In this document: positions 27,533-37,279 of the stretch, one piece after another | How positions within the stretch are numbered: position 1 is the first letter of the stretch | Layout: each line of letters opens with the position of its first letter | Assembly (NCBI GenBank): GCA_903847935.1 | Contig: CAINEX010000108.1 | Coordinates: forward strand, 514-64,513 | Reading direction: 5' to 3' | Origin: an uncultured Spartobacteria bacterium | Lineage (GTDB): Bacteria > Verrucomicrobiota > Verrucomicrobiia > Chthoniobacterales > UBA6821 | DNA length: 64,000 nt | Program-made: the position numbers and the translations under genes | The notes under the pieces: generated by a model | Database searches by the model: none | Told to the model about the DNA's origin: nothing | What the model saw: the letters and a program-made list of their open reading frames with translations, nothing else

Positions 27533-28678
27533 TTAGATCCTCGGAACTGAACGCGCAGCAAGAACGACGTGGCGCTCCGGAAGGGGGGCGATCGGTATTC
27601 CTATGCGGTGAATGTTGATGAGTATACCTACCATGAAAAGACATACGGCCAGGTTACTGCCGCCGTAACTGATGAATGGCAGCGGCATTCCCTTGTTTGG
27701 AAGCAGTGATGTGGTCATGCCTATGTTGACCGCAGCCTGTAGTGAGATCAATAGGATGATTCCCAATGCAAGGAGTTTCCCAAACCGATCCTTGGCGTTA
27801 GCGGCAATGAGGCCGGCGCTAAGGATGATAAGAATGAACCCCAGAATGACAAGCCACGTGAAGAGAAGGCCCAACTCCTCGCCAATCATGGGGAAGATAA
27901 AGTCCGTGTGTGCATACGGCAGGTAAAGCAGTTTCTGGCGACCATTCCCCAGACCAAGCCCCTCAAACCCTCCGGAACCAAAGGCGATAAGGGCCTGCCA
28001 CTGTTGAAGCCCCTTACCCAATTTATCTGCCTCCGGATGCAAGAAGCTCATCATTCGGGCAGCTCGCTCAGGGATAAACATGGCCACTGAAATCAAACCC
28101 GCCAATCCAGCACCGAAAAACCCAGCAATCAAAATCCAATTTGCCCCCCCTATAAAGCAAATCGCGAGGGTTGTGGCACCAATAAGCGCAGCCGTGCCTA
28201 GATCAACCTCTTTCGCTATCAATCCTATCAAGACTGAAACGACCCCAAATGGAATCAAAAATCCATGAAGAATTTTACGGGGATCAGTCTCTTGACGGGC
28301 AAACCACCAAGATACAAAGAACACGGCCGCAATCTTTGCTAGTTCACTTGGCTGAAAAGGCATGAAAAGCAATTTAACCCATCGGTTGGAGCCGTTGATC
28401 TTCATTCCCACATGGGGAACAAAGCATAGAACTAACAGTATGGCGGAGACCACAAACCAGATTTTCCACATGCGTTGCCACAAATGATAATCGGTCAGAG
28501 CTCCAAGCATGCACACCCCAATGCCTATGATTAGCCAGAAGACATCCTTTTTGATAAAATAGTACATGTCACCATGTGCCTCTTGGGCGTAGGCGCTGGT
28601 ACTGAAGAGCATCACCAACCCGAGCGCGACTAACCCCACCACCGAGATTAGGAGTAGGTAGATGCTATAACGTTGCAT
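27533..28678 (-). CDS. ftsW: Peptidoglycan glycosyltransferase FtsW (SEDS family)
   Basis: 381 aa polytopic membrane protein of the FtsW/RodA/SpoVE type (PSELAKI, THTDFIFP, LPNKGMPLPFISYGGS), in the dcw position. Confidence 0.9.
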   Translation of the reverse strand: MQRYSIYLLLISVVGLVALGLVMLFSTSAYAQEAHGDMYYFIKKDVFWLIIGIGVCMLGALTDYHLWQRMWKIWFVVSAILLVLCFVPHVGMKINGSNRWVKLLFMPFQPSELAKIAAVFFVSWWFARQETDPRKILHGFLIPFGVVSVLIGLIAKEVDLGTAALIGATTLAICFIGGANWILIAGFFGAGLAGLISVAMFIPERAARMMSFLHPEADKLGKGLQQWQALIAFGSGGFEGLGLGNGRQKLLYLPYAHTDFIFPMIGEELGLLFTWLVILGFILIILSAGLIAANAKDRFGKLLALGIILLISLQAAVNIGMTTSLLPNKGMPLPFISYGGSNLAVCLFMVGILINIHRIGIPIAPLPERHVVLAARSVPRI

Positions 28679-28699
28679 TGGGTTTTCCCAAATTGCTTT

Positions 28700-29719
28700 T
28701 TATTTTCCAACCTTTTTGGCGGAGGGTGGAATTTTGAGCTTCTGACCGATCTGGATTTTTTTAGGATCACTGATTCCGTTAGCTTTCATAAGTTCATCCG
28801 GTGTGATTCTGAATTTTTTGGCTATCTTGTAAGGGCTGTCCCCTTTCACGACGGTATATTCTTTTTCCAAACTCTTAGTATCGACAGCCCTTGCTGCCGT
28901 TCCCGATGACATACCTTCAAGCTGAGTCACTGGCTCCTGATTCGTGGACTGGATGGCAGAAGGCATACCCACAGGTGTTTCGATAATCTCTCCGGGCATC
29001 TTGAGTGATTGTCCCACTCTTAAAACAGAGCTTTCAGTCAGCCCGTTTGCCTTCTCTAAGTCAGGAATGGAGACGCCCAGTGTGGCGGCGATTCGCGTCA
29101 TCGTATCGCCCGACTTCACCACATAGGGTTTTGTTGGTCTTGTTAACGTTGTCGAAACCTTCACTGCGGGGTTCGTCGTTTGAATTCTTTCACTATTCCC
29201 AGCAACTTGTTCTGAAGCGCTATCCTGGCTTTCACTAGCATCAGGACCGGCGGCATGCGCGCTTCCGGAAACAACACCAACTCCGATCAATCGCTGCACC
29301 GCAGATTTTGCATCAGCAAATAAACCCCGTGGCTTTGTATCAGCTCCACTTCCTTCCTGATGCGTTATTGCATTGGGAGCCTCCAATTTTTTTGCAACAA
29401 GGGGCGTCTGTTGAAACTGAGAAGGTTCTTTGTCCGGATGTTCCTGCATTGGTTCGTTCTGACCTTTTCCAGATGAAGGGGCGTCTCCATGCGAACCTGT
29501 CTTAGCCACCTTCAAAGGCGATGTTTTTGCGGCTTTCATCGAATTGAATGCATACAGGCCCCCTACCGCGACAACGTGCAATAAAAGCACAACCATGAAA
29601 GCATGGGATAGCTTCATGTTTGGCTCCGGGCCGTATTCCTCGCAATCGACTTCGTCTTGATTCATGACAGCGGCGCGCGCGCGCAGGCGCCGGGTGCGTT
29701 TTGGGATTTTCGGTATCAT
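28700..29719 (-). CDS. Bitopic membrane protein with a disordered periplasmic linker and two C-terminal LysM domains
   Basis: 339 aa. Basic N-terminus (KIPKRTRRLRARA), one TM (AFMVVLLLHVVAVGGLYAF), about 150 aa of P/S/A/G/Q/E-rich linker, then two LysM repeats (YVVKSGDTMTRIAATLGVSIPDLEKANGL...; YTVVKGDSPYKIAKKFRITPDELMKANGI...). It sits between murD and ftsW. Confidence 0.8.
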   Translation of the reverse strand: MIPKIPKRTRRLRARAAVMNQDEVDCEEYGPEPNMKLSHAFMVVLLLHVVAVGGLYAFNSMKAAKTSPLKVAKTGSHGDAPSSGKGQNEPMQEHPDKEPSQFQQTPLVAKKLEAPNAITHQEGSGADTKPRGLFADAKSAVQRLIGVGVVSGSAHAAGPDASESQDSASEQVAGNSERIQTTNPAVKVSTTLTRPTKPYVVKSGDTMTRIAATLGVSIPDLEKANGLTESSVLRVGQSLKMPGEIIETPVGMPSAIQSTNQEPVTQLEGMSSGTAARAVDTKSLEKEYTVVKGDSPYKIAKKFRITPDELMKANGISDPKKIQIGQKLKIPPSAKKVGK

Positions 29720-29765
29720 GTGTTGTTATCTTGTTGGTGATGTGGATGATTCTTGGTTAGTTAAA

Positions 29766-31136
29766 TCACGAGTGCGCATTCGATTCAGTTATTGACGAGA
29801 GTCGGTTAACCAGTTTCCTGAATGTTTCACCGCGTTCGATATAATCGCGAAACATGTCAAAGGAGGACGTTCCTGGAGAGAGAAGCACCGTACTGCCTGA
29901 AAGTGAATCGGTCATCCGTGACGCTAGGAGAACAGCTTCCTCCATGGAATCAACTGTGGCAGATGGGACGCATGCCCACTCCTCGGAGATGCGGTGTCGG
30001 ATCTCGCCGATCAGGATGGCAAAAGTTACACACTCACGAACCAGCTCAGCGATCGGCGCAAACCCGAACCCCTTGTCCTTGCCGCCAGCAATCAGAATGA
30101 GTGGTCCCTGAACGGATCTGATAGCCTGTTCCATGGCATCCAGATTTGTTGCCTTTGAATCATTGATCCATCGCACATCACGGTGTTTGGTGATAAGTTC
30201 GCAGCGGTGAGCGGGTGTCTTGTAATCGCTAAGAACGCCCCGGAGATTCGGTATTTTCCTCGTGATTCCCATGGCGCCAGCAAATGCTGCCATCACGTTG
30301 GCTGCATTATGGGAACCGCGTAGATTTGTCTCTTTTAAGTCAAGGACTGACATCCCCTTGAATATGATCTCGCTTCCACGCAGCATCAGGTCTGCGGAAG
30401 CCTCCTTTGTACTAAATGTGATAACGCGCGCCTTTACCGAAGGAAAATTTTCTCCATGGGGAAGCACGGCAACGTCATCAACATGCTGGTTCTCAAAAAT
30501 TCTCAGCTTTGCATCTCGGTAATCCTTCAAGGAATGGTATCGGTCAAGGTGATTTGGACTCAGATTGAGCCATACTGCAACTTTGGGTCGGAATGTCCGA
30601 ATCGTCTCCAGTTGGAATGAACTCGTCTCAACAACCAATGCGTCCCAGAAGTCACCCTTCACCATGAGTTCCGACATAGGAGTTCCGATATTTCCACACG
30701 AGGACACATTGAGTCCCGCACTCTCTAGTATCCGCGTGGTCAATTCGGTTGTCGTTGTTTTCCCGTTACTACCCGTGATGGCGACAACAGGACATCTGCA
30801 AAGCGTGTAAGCAAGCTCGAGTTCACCGATCAGGGGTATTCCCTTTTCTTTAATGTTTAGTACAAGGGGCGTATTCTCCTCGATTCCCGGACTGATGATG
30901 GCCAAATCGTAATAGGCGGAGGCCCTCTCTGCATCAGGGCCTATCATCACATCAATCCCCTCCCCACGAAGCGTCTCCTCACGTTCAAAATGGAGGGGAG
31001 TATTCAAGCTGTCATACGCCGTCACGACCGCACCCATTTTCATCAGGAGTCGGGAAGCTGCCATACCACTTCTGCCAAGTCCAAGAACACAGACTTTTTT
31101 TCCAAAATAGATGCTGCTGCTATCGGATAAAGCCAT
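29766..31136 (-). CDS. murD: UDP-MurNAc-L-Ala--D-Glu ligase
   Basis: 456 aa (VLGLGRSGMAA, ITGSNGKTTT), in the dcw position between mraY and ftsW. Confidence 0.92.
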   Translation of the reverse strand: MALSDSSSIYFGKKVCVLGLGRSGMAASRLLMKMGAVVTAYDSLNTPLHFEREETLRGEGIDVMIGPDAERASAYYDLAIISPGIEENTPLVLNIKEKGIPLIGELELAYTLCRCPVVAITGSNGKTTTTELTTRILESAGLNVSSCGNIGTPMSELMVKGDFWDALVVETSSFQLETIRTFRPKVAVWLNLSPNHLDRYHSLKDYRDAKLRIFENQHVDDVAVLPHGENFPSVKARVITFSTKEASADLMLRGSEIIFKGMSVLDLKETNLRGSHNAANVMAAFAGAMGITRKIPNLRGVLSDYKTPAHRCELITKHRDVRWINDSKATNLDAMEQAIRSVQGPLILIAGGKDKGFGFAPIAELVRECVTFAILIGEIRHRISEEWACVPSATVDSMEEAVLLASRMTDSLSGSTVLLSPGTSSFDMFRDYIERGETFRKLVNRLSSITESNAHS

Positions 31137-31139
31137 TTT

Positions 31140-32255
31140 TTAACGCAACTTAAGTGTGGCAAGACCTAAAAAGCCCAAAATAATCCCCATAATCCAGAAA
31201 CGAACCGTCACGGTGCTTTCTTTCCAACCTGATAATTCAAAGTGGTGATGAAGAGGCGACATTTTAAAAATTCTTTTTCCAGTTAGCTTGAAGCTAGCCA
31301 CTTGAAGGATGACTGATAGTGCTTCGGCGACAAAAACACCTCCTACCACCGCAAGAAGAAGCTCCTGTTTGCAACAGATGGCTAATATACCGAGCAGGCC
31401 GCCAATTGCTAACGAACCGGTGTCTCCCATAAAAACCTTTGCAGGATGACAGTTCCACCAGAGAAATCCAAGGGATGCCCCTGCCAAGGCAAGGCTTACA
31501 ACAGCCAGTTCCCCCGAAAAATAATAGTAGGGTATCTGCAAGTACGTGGCTGCTTTATAATTTCCAGCAAGATATGAAAATACTCCGAAGCAAATCCCTG
31601 TCATCACGGTGCATCCTGCGGCCAAACCATCAAGTCCGTCAGTTAGGTTCACAGCATTGGAAGACCCTACAATGATCAGGAGGTAAAAAAGATATGTCCA
31701 GAGTCCAAGATTGAGGACTGGCCCCTTAATAAAGGGGAGATAGAGTTCCTGGGCCTGTTTGGCAAGCGAGGGAGTCAGAAGAAAATAGCCGGTGATGGCT
31801 GCAGCTAGGAAGCATTGAATCAGAAACTTCAATCGACTGCTGATTCCTGCGGAGTTTTTTTTCCTTACTTTCAGCCAGTCGTCATAAAAACCCAACCCAC
31901 CCAATACCATCATCGTGATTAGTGCCACCCACACAAATGGGTTGTCTGGACGCGCCCACAAAAATGAGGAAACCAGCACCGCCCCAATCAGGAGAATTCC
32001 ACCCATGGTCGGAGTTCCTTTCTTACCGCCGTGAAGTTCATTAAGTCGATGCACTTCTTCGGCACTACGTATTGGTTGTCCCAATTTAAGGCTAATCAGC
32101 CTCCTGATCACGGTCTCACCAAAGAAAATGCACACCAAAAATGAAGTAAGCCCTGCACCCAGCGCCCTAAACGATATATATTGGAATACATTCAAAACCC
32201 TCGCTCCCGGAAACCAACGAAGGCTGTCCACAAAATGTGTAAGATAATAAAGCAT
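31140..32255 (-). CDS. mraY: Phospho-MurNAc-pentapeptide translocase
   Basis: 371 aa polytopic protein (KKGTPTMGG, NAVNLTDGLDGLA, MGDTGSLA, HHHFE). Confidence 0.95.
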   Translation of the reverse strand: MLYYLTHFVDSLRWFPGARVLNVFQYISFRALGAGLTSFLVCIFFGETVIRRLISLKLGQPIRSAEEVHRLNELHGGKKGTPTMGGILLIGAVLVSSFLWARPDNPFVWVALITMMVLGGLGFYDDWLKVRKKNSAGISSRLKFLIQCFLAAAITGYFLLTPSLAKQAQELYLPFIKGPVLNLGLWTYLFYLLIIVGSSNAVNLTDGLDGLAAGCTVMTGICFGVFSYLAGNYKAATYLQIPYYYFSGELAVVSLALAGASLGFLWWNCHPAKVFMGDTGSLAIGGLLGILAICCKQELLLAVVGGVFVAEALSVILQVASFKLTGKRIFKMSPLHHHFELSGWKESTVTVRFWIMGIILGFLGLATLKLR

Positions 32256-33616
32256 TAGGAAAAATGTTGAATCACTTCCTCAAGTTTTGCACTACGACTT
32301 CCCTTGAACAGAATCACATCTCCGGAGAGGGCAAAAGACGATAGCAGGAGGGCTCCATCTTTATTGTCACTCACAACGTGGACATCTTTTAATCCTTTTC
32401 CAATGGCTGTTCTTGCCATAACGGAAGCCTCCTCACCGATACAGACGAGGATATCGCACATTGATGCAGCTGTATTGCCCACCCGCATGTATCCTTCCAC
32501 CGCATGTTCACCAAGTTCACCCATCATCCCTAAGACTGCTATTTTCCGTCCTGAACCCTGTATTGACCGCAATGTTTCAAGTGCGGCAACCATGGAATCC
32601 GGGTTTGCATTGTAGGTATCGTCTATCAGGCAAATACCCCGCCTTGTCTCCCTGCTGAGTCGTCCCTTAGAAGGCTTTATTTCTCCGAGCGCCAAAGCAC
32701 AGTCGCTAAGAGATATATCACATAGCAGGCCTGCTGCCACTGCAAGTAGGGCGTTCCTTACCATATGTTTTCCGGGCACTGGGAGATAAGCCTCGCAACG
32801 CCCAAATTCTCCACTAATTTCAAAACGACTCCCATTGCCTTCACTGGCTAGGTTTACCGCACGTAGATCCCCGGATTCGATTCCCACTTCAAGGATCCTT
32901 GCTGTCGTTCTTAACCGTAGTTGCCGCTTAAAATCGTCCTCTGATGGAATAATGCCAATCCCTGATGCTGGTAACTTTTCAAGAAGATCCCCCTTTTCTC
33001 TGGCAATCTCTTCGCGGCTTCCAAGATGCTCGATATGTGCAATACCGATACCCGTGATAATGGCGATTTCAGGTCGTGCCAGTCCCGCCAAGGGAGAGAT
33101 CTCTCCGGGGTGATTCATCCCTATTTCCCACACTGCCGCCTGATCCTCGCGCGCTGCCGAAAGAACTGAAAGAGGGAGTCCTATGTGATTGTTCAGGTTG
33201 CCAACAGTTGACGTAACTCTTAACCCCTTTCTTAGAACGGCCGTCGTGAAATCTTTTGTTGAGGTCTTGCCACTGCTTCCCGTTACAACGATGGACTTTA
33301 AGGCTAATTGCGATCTCCACGCAGAGGCCATCAATGTCAATCCGCTTAACGAATCGGATGTTAAAAGGACTCCGAATTCTTTTGGCAGGGCTACCGGGAC
33401 TTCTTTGTCACAGAGCGCTCCAACCGCCCCCTTGGATGCTGCCTCTGCAACAAATCCATTACCATCATGGCATTCCCCCTTGATAGCCACATAAAGATCC
33501 CCCGGAAGCAGGCTCCTCGTATCAGTGCTGATTCTCAGTGCAGTTGCAGCAGGATCACCCGCCAGTTGGATAGCACCACTCATTTCAGCAAGTTGGGAGA
33601 GAGCGAGCGGGTTCAT
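32255..33616 (-). CDS. murF: UDP-MurNAc-tripeptide--D-Ala-D-Ala ligase
   Basis: 453 aa Mur ligase (VTGSSGKTSTKD, DTYNANPDS). One-nt overlaps with both murE and mraY. Confidence 0.9.
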   Translation of the reverse strand: MNPLALSQLAEMSGAIQLAGDPAATALRISTDTRSLLPGDLYVAIKGECHDGNGFVAEAASKGAVGALCDKEVPVALPKEFGVLLTSDSLSGLTLMASAWRSQLALKSIVVTGSSGKTSTKDFTTAVLRKGLRVTSTVGNLNNHIGLPLSVLSAAREDQAAVWEIGMNHPGEISPLAGLARPEIAIITGIGIAHIEHLGSREEIAREKGDLLEKLPASGIGIIPSEDDFKRQLRLRTTARILEVGIESGDLRAVNLASEGNGSRFEISGEFGRCEAYLPVPGKHMVRNALLAVAAGLLCDISLSDCALALGEIKPSKGRLSRETRRGICLIDDTYNANPDSMVAALETLRSIQGSGRKIAVLGMMGELGEHAVEGYMRVGNTAASMCDILVCIGEEASVMARTAIGKGLKDVHVVSDNKDGALLLSSFALSGDVILFKGSRSAKLEEVIQHFS

Positions 33617-35121
33617 TACTTGGCTACCGCAAGTGGTTTAGTCGCCATAGCTCTGGCGGCTATGGCGACATCACTGAATGGTTGGCGTCCTAACGCCGTT
33701 TCTTGGTATTTTTCATGTCCTTTTCCGGCGATGAGAATCATATCCCGGGGGCCGGCAAGTTCCACAGCACGCTTAATTGCACTCTCCCTATCGACAAACG
33801 TCTCATGGGAGCTTCCTCTGAAACCTTTCTCCACTTCCCGCAGAATATTCACAGGATCTTCATGCCGAGGATTATCCGAAGTCACGATAACCTTGTCTGA
33901 AAGTCCCTCGGCAATGGCCGCCATCAGAGGACGTTTTGACCGGTCCCGATTACCTCCACATCCAAAAACCGTCAGTACCCTTGCAGGTTTGAGTTGACGA
34001 AGTGTCTTGAGGACATTTTCCAGCGCGTCGGGTGTGTGCGCATAATCCACATAAACTTGGAAGTTCCTTCTTCCAGGAACGCTTTCCAAGCGTCCGGGAA
34101 CCTGGGGTATCGTTGCTGCGGCCGCCACGATCCTCCGAATTTCAAGTCCCATTGAGGAACAGGCGGCGATGGCTGCAAGGGTATTGTAAATATTGAATAA
34201 GCCGATCAGGGGTGTTCTTACCAGATAACTTCTTCCCTTTGCATCGAGGCAAAAAGCACTTCCTTCAGCGGTGTATTTAATATTGCTAGCACGAAAATGA
34301 CAGTTGCTTCCCTGACCATAGGTAAAAACAGGCACTCGGGAGAGTCGATCAATCAAACGGTGCCCGTACCTGTCATCTGCATTGATTATTGCCCTGCCCT
34401 TCTTTTCTTTTTGCTCTTCAAGCCCTGTGAATAATGAGGCTTTTGACTCAAAATACTCCTCCATCGAGTGATGGTAATCGAGATGATCCAGAGTTAGGTT
34501 CGTATAAACCGCCACATCGAATTCAAGATGACGGATACGATTCTGTACCAACGCATGGCTTGAAACCTCGATGGCTGCGGCACGAAAACCACCATCCCTC
34601 ATTTGTGCCAGCAAACTATGAATCTCCAGTGATTCAGGAGTCGTATGTGGGGCGTCCTTGACGAAACCTGGAAGGATGTATTCCAAGGTGCCGATTAACC
34701 CGGATGGTCTTCCAATGGTATCGCAAAGATGACGAATGATCCAAGTCGTTGTAGTCTTTCCATTGGTTCCGGTCACACCTGCCAGAGAAAGAGAAAGCGA
34801 GGGGTCTTCGTAAAATGCAGCGGCAAGATCAGCTATTGTTTCCCGTACTGAAGAAACCCTGATCAGTGGAACTGTCAACTCAGGAAGCTCCATTTCTGAA
34901 ACCACGGCAGACGCCCCACGTGAGGCTGCTTCATTTGCATGTTTCTTTGCTTCTTCAACATTTTTTGCAAGGGATACAAAGATATCCCCTGACTCCGTTG
35001 TCCGAGAATCACTGCTAATTTCCCTGACGAATCCCGCAGGCTTTCCCGTTATGGAAATAATTTTCGTCCTAGCAATGAGTTCCTCAATTTTCCAAGGACT
35101 TGATGTAGGCAATTGCTTCAT
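33616..35121 (-). CDS. murE: UDP-MurNAc-L-Ala-D-Glu--meso-DAP ligase
   Basis: 501 aa Mur ligase (GVTGTNGKTTTT). The DNPR motif (TSDNPRHEDP) indicates meso-DAP specificity. Confidence 0.9.
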   Translation of the reverse strand: MKQLPTSSPWKIEELIARTKIISITGKPAGFVREISSDSRTTESGDIFVSLAKNVEEAKKHANEAASRGASAVVSEMELPELTVPLIRVSSVRETIADLAAAFYEDPSLSLSLAGVTGTNGKTTTTWIIRHLCDTIGRPSGLIGTLEYILPGFVKDAPHTTPESLEIHSLLAQMRDGGFRAAAIEVSSHALVQNRIRHLEFDVAVYTNLTLDHLDYHHSMEEYFESKASLFTGLEEQKEKKGRAIINADDRYGHRLIDRLSRVPVFTYGQGSNCHFRASNIKYTAEGSAFCLDAKGRSYLVRTPLIGLFNIYNTLAAIAACSSMGLEIRRIVAAAATIPQVPGRLESVPGRRNFQVYVDYAHTPDALENVLKTLRQLKPARVLTVFGCGGNRDRSKRPLMAAIAEGLSDKVIVTSDNPRHEDPVNILREVEKGFRGSSHETFVDRESAIKRAVELAGPRDMILIAGKGHEKYQETALGRQPFSDVAIAARAMATKPLAVAK

Positions 35122-35126
35122 ACGGA

Positions 35127-36869
35127 TTATCGTAGGCTTGCCGATTTGCTTCCGGAACTTGCTGACTGCATCAGTTCATTGCCAGCTTCTGGCTCCAGAT
35201 CAAGATGTCGTGCAGCCTGTCCCGCAATCTGTGAAAAAACAGGGCCAGCGACAGCACCACCATAGTTCATGGATTCGCTGAGCGGTGCATCATCGACTAT
35301 CACAAGCCCCACCAGGCGTGGGTTCTCTACTGGCAAATACCCAGCAAAAGAAACGATGTAGCGGTTTTCTAGATAGCCTCCATGCGGACTTATTTTCTGT
35401 GCTGTTCCAGTTTTACCCGCCGCCGTAAAACCGTTAACACGAGCAAGTGCGGCCGTGCCTTGATCACTGAGGACTGTCACAAGCGCATGTGAGATGAACG
35501 AGGAGGTCTTTTTTGAAATTACTTCCCTAATTGTTTCAGGAGCCTCGACTTTATCCCCTTCTCCTTTGTTCATGACTAGTCGCGGCTTCATGAGGCTCCC
35601 GCCATTGGCTATGGTCGACATCGCCATTACCATCTGGATGGGAGTAACACTCACGGACTGGCCGAAAGCCATGCGCGATTTTGTCAATTTATCCCATCTG
35701 TTGGGCGGATTGACCCTTCCCGAAATTTCACCCGGAAGAGGAAGTCCGGTCTTCTGGCCGAAACCAAATCTTCGAACGTAGTCGTAATATTTGTCATCGG
35801 GCATACGAAGGGCGATCTTAGCTGCTCCAATATTGGAGGATTTCATGAGGATCTCTGGAATGGTAAGATCACCACTACCGTGATGGTCCTTGATGGTTTT
35901 TCCACAGAAGGCGAATCTCCCGTTCTCACAAAAAATACGGGTGTTTTGATCTACGATCCCTTCATTGAATGCAGCAGATGTCACAACAATCTTGAAGGTT
36001 GATCCCGGTTCGTACATGTCGCTGATAGCCCTGTTTCTCAACTTTTCAGGAGTGGCATCACCAAAGTGGTTTGGGTCGTAGTTGGGGCGGCTTGCCATCG
36101 CCAGGATCTCTCCGGTATTGGGATCGGCCAAGATGGCAGTGGCAGCTACAGGATGGAGTTTCTTATATGTTGCATCGACCTCCTTTTCGGCTATGGCCTG
36201 AAGTCCCATGTCGATTGTCAATCGTATGTCAGTACCATTTTCGGGGAGTTGTTCCTGCCCGCGGTATACAACGATTTCACGTCCCTTACGATCATGCTCA
36301 ATCCATCTGAATCCATCATTTCCAGTCAGTTCATGATCGAACATCTTCTCTATGCCATCTGCCCCGTGACCCGTGTGATCCACATAGCCCAACACATGGC
36401 AGAGCATGTCACAATTTGGATAACTCCTCACGGATCCCTCTTCCAGATAAAGCCCGTGTAGATTTGCATGATCAAGGGCCCTGATCATGTCATGAGCCTT
36501 GTCGTCATTCATCCCCTTGCGGATCACAACATATTTGCTCTTGGTCGCGAGTTTCTCGGTAAGCTCCTTCACCGGGATTTCGAGAAATGGTGCCGACACA
36601 CTCGCAACCGCTGCCGGATCATGGATGTGCGATCCGTCCGCATACACCAATTGCACGGGCGTATTCACCGCGAGTTCCTCGCCATTCCTATCAAGGATAC
36701 GACCACGGCGAGCAGGAATTACTTTTTTCCTGTCATTTTTTTCAGCGGCTTTTGCTGAATAATAATCGTGTTTGAGTACTTGCAGGTAAATCAATCGCCA
36801 GGCGAAAAACGTGAAAATCAATGCCAGCAGGCTACAGACAATGCCTATCCTGCTTCTGATTCCTCTCAC
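35127..36869 (-). CDS. ftsI: Division transpeptidase FtsI (class B PBP)
   Basis: 580 aa with an N-terminal TM and the three catalytic motifs STFK (PGSTFKIV), SSN (KSSNIG) and KTGT (GKTGTA). Confidence 0.9.
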   Translation of the reverse strand: MRGIRSRIGIVCSLLALIFTFFAWRLIYLQVLKHDYYSAKAAEKNDRKKVIPARRGRILDRNGEELAVNTPVQLVYADGSHIHDPAAVASVSAPFLEIPVKELTEKLATKSKYVVIRKGMNDDKAHDMIRALDHANLHGLYLEEGSVRSYPNCDMLCHVLGYVDHTGHGADGIEKMFDHELTGNDGFRWIEHDRKGREIVVYRGQEQLPENGTDIRLTIDMGLQAIAEKEVDATYKKLHPVAATAILADPNTGEILAMASRPNYDPNHFGDATPEKLRNRAISDMYEPGSTFKIVVTSAAFNEGIVDQNTRIFCENGRFAFCGKTIKDHHGSGDLTIPEILMKSSNIGAAKIALRMPDDKYYDYVRRFGFGQKTGLPLPGEISGRVNPPNRWDKLTKSRMAFGQSVSVTPIQMVMAMSTIANGGSLMKPRLVMNKGEGDKVEAPETIREVISKKTSSFISHALVTVLSDQGTAALARVNGFTAAGKTGTAQKISPHGGYLENRYIVSFAGYLPVENPRLVGLVIVDDAPLSESMNYGGAVAGPVFSQIAGQAARHLDLEPEAGNELMQSASSGSKSASLR

Positions 36870-37279
36870 CTGCTCATTGTACGCGGGGACGCTTCGGTAT
36901 CGAACCGGCTATCCGGATCGTGGGAAGCGGTGCGCAAAACCCCATCAGGTTCCGCCGGTTGAGCCGGTGTGATTCGGGCAATGGCTGTATCCCGAATGCC
37001 CTCTAGTTTGAGATACCCCTCGTCCAGTCGCCGTTGTAGCGCTCCACGCGAAGTCATGCCGGTAATTTTGGCATCAAGTGCTGCATTTGAAGCTTCCGCC
37101 TCTCTGAGTTCATTTTCAACTTCCCGAGTTTGGTCCCCGATCGAATGTTGCTGATTTTTAAGATAAACGAAAAATAGTCCTGCCAATCCAAACATGAAAA
37201 CTAGTACGAGCCATCGGGTCAGAAAATTGACCTCGATGGTGTTACTTGGTCGTCGACGGTTCTGGCTGCTCATGCACAC
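36866..37279 (-). CDS. ftsL: FtsL-like bitopic division protein
   Basis: 137 aa with a basic N-terminus, one TM (WLVLVFMFGLAGLFFVYL) and a predicted coiled coil. It occupies the canonical slot between rsmH and ftsI with a 4-nt overlap on ftsI. The call rests on position and architecture only. Confidence 0.6.
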   Translation of the reverse strand: MCMSSQNRRRPSNTIEVNFLTRWLVLVFMFGLAGLFFVYLKNQQHSIGDQTREVENELREAEASNAALDAKITGMTSRGALQRRLDEGYLKLEGIRDTAIARITPAQPAEPDGVLRTASHDPDSRFDTEASPRTMSR

